Shown piece by piece: positions 49,361 through 57,561 of a stretch of 64,000 bases of DNA. The stretch comes from an uncultured virus (IMG/VR IMGVR_UViG_3300023176_003360). Lineage: Duplodnaviria > Heunggongvirae > Uroviricota > Caudoviricetes. Under the pieces are notes generated by a model, which was given only the letters and a program-made list of their open reading frames with translations, was not told the origin of the DNA and made no database searches. How positions within the stretch are numbered: position 1 is the stretch's first letter; each line of letters starts with the position of its first letter. The position numbers and the translations under genes are program-made. Where the stretch lies: IMG/VR virus record IMGVR_UViG_3300023176_003360. One strand, given 5' to 3'.

Positions 49361-50047
49361 TCAACTGTTTTGTATGTAATTATAGACTTTTTTGAGCAAT
49401 TTTTTTATTACTGGATGCCTTGTGTTAAAGTCCCAAGCACGTAGGTATCCTACTAGGTTAGGTGAAAGTAAATTACCTAGTTTATCTCTTAGTTCTGTTG
49501 TGTTGTTTACAGAACGTAACATATCTATAGCACGTTCTTTATCTGCGTGTCGTAATAGTTCACTTGAAATGTTTTTTGCAAACGCTTCTATTTCGTCTTG
49601 GTTACCTAGATATTCTTGTTCTGTATTTTTAGAACGATAATCTCTTTGTGTTTTAAAGTCTCTTTTTTGATACTGTATACTGTGAATCATTTCGTGTTCA
49701 AGAGCATCAACTAATCTGTGTTTGATTTCTTCTAGTGTGTCTTGTGAAAACTTAATACCTCTTTTATCTTTAGGATTAAAAAGTAATTCAATACGATAAG
49801 GATCCAATTCTTCTTCGTCGTCCCATGGATCATATGTTGCATTGAGATTCATATCACCTTGATCAACCTGTTCTACATAATCAACCGTAACTTCACCTAC
49901 ACCTAAGTGTTCTAGTGTTTGCTGTAATTGTAATGCAATGTATTTAGGTTTAAGAACATCTTCCATAGATAGATATGTTAGAAAAGCCTGTACGGATTTT
50001 TCTAGATCCTGTCTGTTTTTAGGTTGCTGAAGTTCGAACAAATGCAT
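49361..50047 (-). CDS. HExxH zincin-like protein, possibly virion-internal
   Basis: HEMIH and downstream EIEAFA. TAAATA-N5-ATG start. Confidence 0.6.
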   Translation of the reverse strand: MHLFELQQPKNRQDLEKSVQAFLTYLSMEDVLKPKYIALQLQQTLEHLGVGEVTVDYVEQVDQGDMNLNATYDPWDDEEELDPYRIELLFNPKDKRGIKFSQDTLEEIKHRLVDALEHEMIHSIQYQKRDFKTQRDYRSKNTEQEYLGNQDEIEAFAKNISSELLRHADKERAIDMLRSVNNTTELRDKLGNLLSPNLVGYLRAWDFNTRHPVIKKLLKKVYNYIQNS

Positions 50048-50055
50048 ACGTGTAT

Positions 50056-50496
50056 TTACTTGTATTCAAAGTTTTGACAATCCATATGTTTAGCAATAAA
50101 TTTAGCACCATTTTTTATATGGAATTTTCGTGCCATTTCAGTAAGAGGTGATAGTGTAACAAACCTTGTACAGGGGGTTTCTTTTTCTAAAAGTTTTTTA
50201 GTTTTTAAAACTATTTCTCTACCAGCACCCTTTTCGTAACTCCACACTGTATAAAAAACAGCAATGCGTCCATGCTGACCGTCTTGAATTGCCTGTTGAG
50301 AGAATATTTTTAAATCAAGTTCATTTGTGGGGATTTCGTTGCAATATGCTACACAAATAACAGAACGAATTTTATCTTTATTGCTTAATACAAAGATATC
50401 TTTGCCTGCACCAACACGATTCTGAAAAGGAATATGCGGACGAACAGGATCATTGGCTATTAAATGTTCTTCACCATTTCTAATCTTGCGTAGCAT
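50056..50496 (-). CDS. Hypothetical protein (GNAT-like fold possible)
   Basis: FYTVWSY.KGAGR, TLSP, FH.KNGA. Confidence 0.55.
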   Translation of the reverse strand: MLRKIRNGEEHLIANDPVRPHIPFQNRVGAGKDIFVLSNKDKIRSVICVAYCNEIPTNELDLKIFSQQAIQDGQHGRIAVFYTVWSYEKGAGREIVLKTKKLLEKETPCTRFVTLSPLTEMARKFHIKNGAKFIAKHMDCQNFEYK

Positions 50497-50677
50497 CTTT
50501 TTTCCTAATGCTCCACGAGCCGCTGTCTAGTTCTTCCCAGATAAGATCATCTCCGATATCCCAACCAACTTGTGCTAGTGCTTCGGGCGGTAGTTCTATG
50601 AAAAGTTCTTTTGTTTTGCCATCCTCTTGAACTTGAATAGTCCAACTATTTAGGCCTGTTTGTTTAGGATAGGACAT
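50480..50677 (-). CDS. AbrB/MazE-like DNA-binding protein
   Basis: IELP.E.L..VGW..GD.L pattern. Confidence 0.65.
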   Translation of the reverse strand: MSYPKQTGLNSWTIQVQEDGKTKELFIELPPEALAQVGWDIGDDLIWEELDSGSWSIRKKDATQD

Positions 50678-50687
50678 CCTTCACCTC

Positions 50688-51254
50688 CTACAGTATATGG
50701 TCTGCTACACCAAGATCAATCATCTGTTTAGCGGTGTAGTATTGGTCGCTTGGGTTTTTGATAAACTTATTACGCACCTCTTGAATGGTCATACCCGAAG
50801 CATCTTTTAATATATTTAAGCATCGCAGTTCACAGTTTTGATTTTCTTTCATCTGTGCTCTCATGTCGTGCATTTTAGATTCCATAGAATCTGTATGCTG
50901 ATGATTCATGCTACCTGCGTTCTTACCAATGTACCGTTCACCTTGTTTACCACTAGCGAAAATTAAAAATCCAGCACTCATAACAGCACCAATACCTATT
51001 GTGCTAATAGGATGATAACTGTTCTTCATGACATCAATAAGAGCAAACGCTTCGTACAAATCTCCACCATATGTGTTGATGTATAATTTAAGTGTGCGTT
51101 TTGGCTTCTTAACCAAATTGGCTGAAAGAATCCATTTAATTGCTTCACTTACATTGTCATCAGAAATATCACCACTTAGGTAGTGTATGTCATTATCCAG
51201 AAGACTTTTGTCTATTGCGTCGCTGGCTGTCCAATTTTCGTATTTTGCTGGCAT
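50688..51254 (-). CDS. clpP: Second, divergent ClpP-family protease
   Basis: YINTYGG, AVMSAG, HQ, DQYYTA...G.AD. Confidence 0.82.
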   Translation of the reverse strand: MPAKYENWTASDAIDKSLLDNDIHYLSGDISDDNVSEAIKWILSANLVKKPKRTLKLYINTYGGDLYEAFALIDVMKNSYHPISTIGIGAVMSAGFLIFASGKQGERYIGKNAGSMNHQHTDSMESKMHDMRAQMKENQNCELRCLNILKDASGMTIQEVRNKFIKNPSDQYYTAKQMIDLGVADHIL

Positions 51255-51299
51255 AATTATAATATACGCATATTTAGTTCATTTGTCAATCTTTTCATT

Positions 51300-51425
51300 T
51301 TCCAAGTACGGCCCCCATCCCGCCTACTTAGTGATCTGGCTCATTATGAACACGGAGTACCTACCAAACTACGCTCACGGATCCCCAGATCTTACCTAAT
51401 TTGCAATACATTCGTGTATTGCGGT
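51300..51425 (-). ncRNA. Candidate structured RNA downstream of tRNA-Arg
   Basis: GC-rich gap with three stems (GCAATAC/GTATTGC, GATCTGG/CCAGATC, AAGTAGGC/GCCGTACTT). No credible ORF. Confidence 0.4.
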
Positions 51426-51426
51426 T

Positions 51427-51503
51427 TGGCCTGCCCGGAGGGATTCGAACCCCCGACCCACGGCTTAGAAGGCCGTTGTTCTATCCTGCTGAACTACGGG
51501 CAG
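51427..51503 (-). tRNA. tRNA-Arg(TCT)
   Basis: Loop CTTCTAA, CCA. Confidence 0.93.
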
Positions 51504-51512
51504 ATTCTTATA

Positions 51513-51719
51513 TTACTGTAGCACTAAACTCCCTTCATGTGTTTGGTTCTTTGCGGCAATAATATCAAATAATTGATCCTGAAATGCTTCCATTTCTTCG
51601 TCTGAAATCCACTCGTAATCTAATTCATCATTTAAAACAGCCACCAAACGATTTACGTCACTTTCACGCAATTTTAGTGGATGATTTGTTTTACCGGGTT
51701 TAACGTACTTGATTCCCAA
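51513..51719 (-). CDS. Hypothetical protein
   Basis: TTG start, GAGG RBS, TTGACA-17-TATTAT promoter upstream. Confidence 0.55.
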   Translation of the reverse strand: MGIKYVKPGKTNHPLKLRESDVNRLVAVLNDELDYEWISDEEMEAFQDQLFDIIAAKNQTHEGSLVLQ

Positions 51720-51859
51720 TTTGAACGCCCTCTGTGCTGTTTCCTAACTATGTTTATATAATAACACCAACCGGACATGCTGTCAACTGGTTTTTAAAAT
51801 TTTATGGTAGTTTTTTTCCAAAACAACAATAAATACATTTGAGCGAGGATGTGTACAGT

Positions 51860-52138
51860 ATGGATTTTATGACGTTAGTGAGCGAGGTTGGGTTCCCTAT
51901 AGCAGGAGCAATAGCCGCTGGCGTCTTTGTATACCTTACACTAAAATTCATACTTGAGGGAGTTACAGGTAGTGTTACTACCCTCAAGAACATCATAGCA
52001 CAATTAGACAATCGTGTTCAAACCATGAACAATGATCTAGTCAAAATTGATGCTCTATTATCTTATACGCTAGGTGTTAAACCAAATGTTGATCGTATTG
52101 CGGCCAATGAAGGAAAAGAGGACGCAAGGAGAGATTAA
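51860..52138 (+). CDS. Small membrane protein, paralogue A
   Basis: GFPI..A...G.F TM helix and coiled coil. Confidence 0.7.
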   Translation: MDFMTLVSEVGFPIAGAIAAGVFVYLTLKFILEGVTGSVTTLKNIIAQLDNRVQTMNNDLVKIDALLSYTLGVKPNVDRIAANEGKEDARRD

Positions 52139-52485
52139 TGGAAGAACTTGATCTAGCAAACACTATCAAAGAACTAGGATTTCCAATAGTTGCCGCTGGA
52201 GGTATGGGTTACTTTATCTACTTTATTTGGAAGTGGGTAACAGAAACTATAGATCCTATCATAGGTCAAACAATGGGCACACTTATTAAACTTGTTGACC
52301 GTGTGCGTATGTTAGACAACGACATGATTCGTATGAACATGAAACTGTCAATGGTACTAGAACACAAACATCTGTTAGATAAAAATCTCACACAAGAACA
52401 AGCAAAAGAACTAGAAGAACTAGTTAACAAATATCAAAGTCGTAGCCAACAATTTAATAGCACAGGAGAAGAAGTTGAGAAGTAA
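52138..52485 (+). CDS. Small membrane protein, paralogue B
   Basis: Same GFPI TM motif and DRV..L.NDM/L core. Confidence 0.7.
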   Translation: MEELDLANTIKELGFPIVAAGGMGYFIYFIWKWVTETIDPIIGQTMGTLIKLVDRVRMLDNDMIRMNMKLSMVLEHKHLLDKNLTQEQAKELEELVNKYQSRSQQFNSTGEEVEK

Positions 52486-52608
52486 ACATGAACAAGAAGC
52501 ATGGGATCGAGCAATGGACTCAATCGGACCTGGCATATGGACATCGTGGGATTTGGCTAAGTACTTGGCACTAGGTTTAATACTAGGAACCTGTGTAGGA
52601 GTACTAGT

Positions 52609-52977
52609 TTGTCAAGCACTATCTTAATATTTTTATTTTTATTATTTGTAAAACACACGCTGGTTGATCTAGCAATACAACATCTATTTCCTAGCAACAA
52701 GGAAAATTATTTTAATCCAAACGCTCACACACATTACTTTCAACACGGAGCGTTAACCTTTTTGATTGCTATATTTTTTACAAGCATGCCGTTTGCGTTT
52801 ATGTTAGGATTTTTAGATTACGTTGTACACTGGCACGTTGATTATACTAAAACGAAAATTAGAATTAGTTTTAAATTAACAAACAAAGACGAGGCTTTTT
52901 GGTTTTTACAAGCACTTGATCAATCGCTACACTATGCTACTTATTTTGCGTTAGCAATAATTCTTACTTCTCTGTAG
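52609..52977 (+). CDS. DUF3307-like membrane protein
   Basis: KH...D...Q, HW.VD..K, DQ.LH motifs. Confidence 0.7.
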   Translation: MSSTILIFLFLLFVKHTLVDLAIQHLFPSNKENYFNPNAHTHYFQHGALTFLIAIFFTSMPFAFMLGFLDYVVHWHVDYTKTKIRISFKLTNKDEAFWFLQALDQSLHYATYFALAIILTSL

Positions 52978-55036
52978 CGACAAACGCACCGTTCCAATCC
53001 TTAGGAAGTTTCTGAGTTTTCATTAGTTCACAACGTTCAACCCAAATATCATAATACTTGTCCATTTGTCCACCAAAGTTGCCTTTCATACTCTTACACA
53101 TTTTAATCGCTTGATCAAACTTCTGTGCTTTATACAACTCGTGCATCTTTTCGTGTTCTACTCTATGATCATCATACTCTGTAGCATCAGCACATTTAAC
53201 ACGCAGAGCAGTCCAAATAAAGTCTGGAGTGCTTTTGCCTTTAGGTTGTAAGTTGTCTAAGAACAAGTAGAAGAAATCGTCTTTAGTACGTTTATATGTT
53301 TCGTTACCAATAATACATAACATACCGTATGCTTTACAACGTGCTTCAAGACGAGCCGCTACACTAACCATATCACCTAAGATATCGTAACTGTGTCTTG
53401 CACTTGATCCCATCTCACCAATAAATCCTTTACCCGAGTTTACACCAAATCCCATAGCGGCTGGTGGTAAACCTTTTGCTTCTGCTTCCTTAGTATAAGC
53501 ATCAACAGCGTCTAACATTTTTAATCCTACTTCAACAATAGTGTGTGCGTGATTAGGATCATCGATAGGAGCACCATGTATGTGCATACTTGCGTCACCT
53601 ACATATTTGATAACCATACCGTTCTTTTCAAGAATAGGTTTAGTAATACTATCCATATAGCCATTCATATAATCGCCTAAGCCTTTTACGTCATCGCCAT
53701 AGTGATCACCAATTGGAGTAAAGCCACGCAAGTCACTAAACATAACACTCACGTCTTTCTTAACACCCTTCTTGATTAGATCTGGATCTTCCTGTAGCAT
53801 TTTAACAACTTCTGGAGAGCAGTATCCTGCGAACTGTTTTTTGATTGCTTGCTTCTCTAAAAACTCACGCACAAATTTTATACCATAAACTTGAAGTGCG
53901 ATTAATACCAAAGTGATAACTGGTGCTGTAACATCTACTAGTAGTTTTTCAGTTTGGAAAAGATACATCGAAGCAGGTATGGTTCCTCCAATTAGAACAA
54001 CTGTTGCACCTAGTCCAACCAACATCCATCTGCTGAGTAATATCAGCAATAATCCGCCTGCTAAGAGCCCTAAGACTTCGTATAACGCTATCTCTGCAGG
54101 TCTTTGTATGTTTGTACCATTAATCATAGTTCCAAGCATAGCGGCTTGTACAGTGCCCGCAAATTCGCCACCTGTTGCTGTTGCTACCGGATTGGCTACA
54201 CCTCTTGCTGTAACATCTACAATTACAATTTTACCTTCCAAACTGTCTGGCAAATTGGATACACTTACTGTTTCATTTTTCTGTGCCCAATCTATCCAAG
54301 TGCGGCCTTCTGAATCAACAGGAATATAATAAAACTCTCTTGTGCGGAAATCTTTTAACATACGGAACATTGTAACACCATAAGGCGATATTTGTACGTC
54401 TATGCTTTTGGCGTTTGAATCTACCCTTAGTGCTTCAAGTGCTAAACTTGGAAAAACAAAACCTTCAAAAGGTTGTATGATAGCAATATTTGGAATACGT
54501 CTTACTACACCATCTACTTCTGGTTCCACTCCAACAATACCACTACCAGCGGCATTGTCTTCTACTTCTGGTATGTTATTGATTAGTCCTGGATAGGCTT
54601 GTAGTATTCCTGCGTTTTCTACACCTACCACGTTTACCTTTGGAGCCAATGGAGGATTGACTACTGTAAAGTCCGGACGTAACGGAACAACCACACGGTG
54701 TTTGCTCATTGTTTCTGCTAGAGCATCATCCTTGCCAAAACGATCTGTTTCTGGCATCATGACATTGAATACTATGGTTGATGCTTTTTTGTCTGCTATG
54801 CTTTGTATGATTTCAGCATATAAATCTCTTGGGAAAGGATACTGTCCATACTTTTGTAATGTAGCATCATCAATTTCTGCGACAACAATATTATTTTGTA
54901 CAGGTTCTTGATTAACAATTAAACTGTCAAAATAACGAAGTTTGATGCTTTCGATAAAAGCAGGATTTTGTAAGAATGTGTAGGCTAAAAAGCCAAGTGT
55001 GATCAGTGCCCACCAAGGCGATAATAATTTTTTCAT
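52964..55036 (-). CDS. CHASE2-domain class III adenylate/guanylate cyclase
   Basis: N-terminal TM, CHASE2 (GQYPFPR, DGVVRRIP), 3 TM, then FSDLRGFT, KYVGDA, GDMVSVAARLE. Confidence 0.92.
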   Translation of the reverse strand: MKKLLSPWWALITLGFLAYTFLQNPAFIESIKLRYFDSLIVNQEPVQNNIVVAEIDDATLQKYGQYPFPRDLYAEIIQSIADKKASTIVFNVMMPETDRFGKDDALAETMSKHRVVVPLRPDFTVVNPPLAPKVNVVGVENAGILQAYPGLINNIPEVEDNAAGSGIVGVEPEVDGVVRRIPNIAIIQPFEGFVFPSLALEALRVDSNAKSIDVQISPYGVTMFRMLKDFRTREFYYIPVDSEGRTWIDWAQKNETVSVSNLPDSLEGKIVIVDVTARGVANPVATATGGEFAGTVQAAMLGTMINGTNIQRPAEIALYEVLGLLAGGLLLILLSRWMLVGLGATVVLIGGTIPASMYLFQTEKLLVDVTAPVITLVLIALQVYGIKFVREFLEKQAIKKQFAGYCSPEVVKMLQEDPDLIKKGVKKDVSVMFSDLRGFTPIGDHYGDDVKGLGDYMNGYMDSITKPILEKNGMVIKYVGDASMHIHGAPIDDPNHAHTIVEVGLKMLDAVDAYTKEAEAKGLPPAAMGFGVNSGKGFIGEMGSSARHSYDILGDMVSVAARLEARCKAYGMLCIIGNETYKRTKDDFFYLFLDNLQPKGKSTPDFIWTALRVKCADATEYDDHRVEHEKMHELYKAQKFDQAIKMCKSMKGNFGGQMDKYYDIWVERCELMKTQKLPKDWNGAFVATEK

Positions 55037-55050
55037 ACTGGTATTTAATC

Positions 55051-55125
55051 AAAAAGAAAGGATAGGTGCTACAGTTCTGTCAACTTAGTGAGGGTTTTCA
55101 GAAACTGGTGTGTAGCACCTATCCC
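55051..55125 (-). terminator. Extended hairpin/terminator whose loop is antisense to the upstream gene's RBS
   Basis: 14-bp outer stem GGATAGGTGCTACA/TGTAGCACCTATCC, inner stem, 19-nt loop, U-rich tail. Confidence 0.8.
55076..55095. repeat. 20-bp inverted repeat, left copy
   Basis: TCTGTCAACTTAGTGAGGGT, exact reverse complement of 57044-57063. Confidence 0.95.
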
Positions 55126-55136
55126 TATTGTAGTTA

Positions 55137-57038
55137 TTAGAATTTAATTACGAGTCCCGCAGAAATGGCGTTTGTATTGCCTAGATCTGTCATGCTTCTT
55201 GTTGCTCCAACTCTCCAAGTAACTTTGTCTGTTTGTTTTTCAATACCAAGTGAAATATCATTTGTACCATCTGTGTGATGTAGTGCTGTAAAGTCAACCA
55301 GTCCTAGATCTCCACGCAATCCTACAGTACCATAACCGTACATTTCGCTTGTAGCATCTACTGTTCTAGCACTTTGTATCGAACCTGCTTCTGTATAACC
55401 ATCCACAGACCTTTTGCCACGTGTGTAACCGATCACAGGATTAACTTTTCCTGTGTCTGGTGAATACATGATTCTAGCACTGGTATCTTTACCTTTGGTT
55501 TCACTACCATTAGCAAAGTCACCGATTGTTCTTGAAACTGTGTAGTCAGTCATTGCGTGTCTAATTTCCAATGAAACATTGTTCTTTTCAACACCAAGGC
55601 CGATCATGTCAGTGTCTGCTTTTACAGTGTCATTGTTGCCTGATAAGTCAGCACCTAATCTTATAAAACCACCTGACACTGTTACACCGTTTTCTAGTTC
55701 TTTTGAACCTCCTACTACAGCACCTGTTGTTTTACCTGTCATGCCGTTTTTCATTTTGTGATCCATTCTTATACCTTGAATGTTGTCAAAGTCTAGATTT
55801 CTAAGTGTGCTTGAAACTGCGTCCTGTACAGTTGCAATTTGATCAACACGCCCTGTAAACGAACCCGGATCACTTACAGTTGTTACTGCAACACTGTCAG
55901 TTGATGTTCTTGCAGTTTCTACACCGTCTGTATATGTAATAATTTCCATTGGTGTTGTAACAATAGTTGTAGTTTCTCTATCGATAGTTTGTACAGTTGT
56001 GGTTTCACTTGCATCATGTGTAGTTTGTGTTTGTGTAAGCACAGGTAAGTCTGTGTCTACAACAGGGTCACTGTATGTAATGACTGGTTCGCTCGCTCCG
56101 TCTGCCGCATCAGTTGCCGAACCTACATCTTCAAATTCACCAGTTAAGATGTCTGCACCACCGCCTGCGCCACCTTCAATTGCATCATCAGCCGCGGCAA
56201 ACGCACTAGGCCCAAAGATGTAAGCATAACTTGCTGTTAAGATATCACCACTCGATACTGAACTCCAGTGCCAACTTAAACCAATAGTGTTATCGCCTGT
56301 GTTGGTTAAACTGCCGTCACCATCTACAGTGTTTTCAGTATAACCATCTGCTTCACTGCTCCATCTACTTATACCTGCATCAACATTAGAATCTGTCGAG
56401 TACAAACCTAGTGCATAACGACTCACAGTTGCTTCTGAGAACGCAACGTTTGAATCTGGAATAGCACCGTAGCCAAGCACGTTGTCAGTTGCCGAACTAT
56501 CGCCATCTGCCGCTCTAGCATCTGGATCGATAAAGCGTCCAAAGTAAACATCAGTAGCCGCTGTACCCATTGTGATTTGTGAACTAATGTCAATGTAAGG
56601 ACTAGTTGCTCCTAGGCTATAGGTATTAGTAATATCAAAAATACTATCAACACCGCCCGTCCAACTTAGAGTGTTATCTCCGTTAGTAAGTCCATTACCG
56701 TCACCTGCGATAGCAGTTCCGCCACCGTTGTTGTTTGTATAGTTTGTGCCATCAATCTTAACACTAAATCCGTCAAATGGTGATCCCGGTGTTAGATAGT
56801 CGTATGCTGTATTAAATGTTCCTGTTCCTGTGCTGTCAAACAGCAACCCTGGTGATGTATTGCCACCAGAACCAAAAGTACCTGTTGTACCATTTACACC
56901 TGCACGAACATAATCGTTTTCAAGTATGCCCATACCTGTTACGCTTGAATTCATGCTTGATGTGTCAGCAATGGCTACAGATAATGCCCCTGCCATTAGA
57001 GATACCGAGACGATGCCCGTTATAAAAAGTTTTTTCAT
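55137..57038 (-). CDS. Autotransporter-like outer-membrane beta-barrel protein
   Basis: Signal peptide, G/S/T/D-rich passenger, T-rich linker, amphipathic beta-strands ending in terminal Phe (GLVIKF). Confidence 0.75.
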   Translation of the reverse strand: MKKLFITGIVSVSLMAGALSVAIADTSSMNSSVTGMGILENDYVRAGVNGTTGTFGSGGNTSPGLLFDSTGTGTFNTAYDYLTPGSPFDGFSVKIDGTNYTNNNGGGTAIAGDGNGLTNGDNTLSWTGGVDSIFDITNTYSLGATSPYIDISSQITMGTAATDVYFGRFIDPDARAADGDSSATDNVLGYGAIPDSNVAFSEATVSRYALGLYSTDSNVDAGISRWSSEADGYTENTVDGDGSLTNTGDNTIGLSWHWSSVSSGDILTASYAYIFGPSAFAAADDAIEGGAGGGADILTGEFEDVGSATDAADGASEPVITYSDPVVDTDLPVLTQTQTTHDASETTTVQTIDRETTTIVTTPMEIITYTDGVETARTSTDSVAVTTVSDPGSFTGRVDQIATVQDAVSSTLRNLDFDNIQGIRMDHKMKNGMTGKTTGAVVGGSKELENGVTVSGGFIRLGADLSGNNDTVKADTDMIGLGVEKNNVSLEIRHAMTDYTVSRTIGDFANGSETKGKDTSARIMYSPDTGKVNPVIGYTRGKRSVDGYTEAGSIQSARTVDATSEMYGYGTVGLRGDLGLVDFTALHHTDGTNDISLGIEKQTDKVTWRVGATRSMTDLGNTNAISAGLVIKF

Positions 57039-57043
57039 GTTGT

Positions 57044-57063
57044 ACCCTCACTAAGTTGACAGA
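57044..57063. repeat. 20-bp inverted repeat, right copy, containing the RBS of the beta-barrel gene
   Basis: ACCCTCACTAAGTTGACAGA. On the minus strand it ends GAGGGT, 5 nt before the ATG. Confidence 0.95.
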
Positions 57064-57117
57064 TCCTCTTCTGTCTATATTATTTAAATCTTTTTGTTGT
57101 ATATTAATCAGACAGTA

Positions 57118-57549
57118 TTAATGTAGATCTCTGTTGTCCCAAGGTGCTGTTTCATAGCAACCTGCTGGTATAGTATCCTTGTAGTTTACCCAAGCACGGT
57201 ATCCGCCCTCGCCATCAAATTCAATGCCTGAACTTTCAAACGGTTGTACCCTCGGTTTACCCCAACACTTATTGTTGCTTTGCCCTGGATATCTATAACG
57301 TGGATTGTGTTTTAGGAAGTCACGCATTTCTGCGTATTCCTTTTTCATTTCTCCAACCTTCCATTGCGAATAACAAGCACTGGCTTTTGTCCAATCAACA
57401 CTATTAACATCAGATCCTGTTCTGTAATGCTGAACACAATCTTTTATCATTTTGTTGTTTAGGTTTTCTTCTGCTTGTGCTGTTGTTACCCATAACCACG
57501 ACAGTGCCGCCGCGGTGAGTAATCCGAATCCTATTATCCAATCTTTCAT
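57118..57549 (-). CDS. Exported Cys-containing hypothetical protein
   Basis: Signal peptide, 4 Cys, GAGGAG RBS. Confidence 0.7.
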   Translation of the reverse strand: MKDWIIGFGLLTAAALSWLWVTTAQAEENLNNKMIKDCVQHYRTGSDVNSVDWTKASACYSQWKVGEMKKEYAEMRDFLKHNPRYRYPGQSNNKCWGKPRVQPFESSGIEFDGEGGYRAWVNYKDTIPAGCYETAPWDNRDLH

Positions 57550-57561
57550 TTTCTCGCTCCT

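Noticed and set aside
49051..49379. ORFs overlapping tRNA-Leu/Ile, and similarly 62522-62761 and 63308-63700
   Set aside because: They run through complete tRNA cloverleafs and are spurious.
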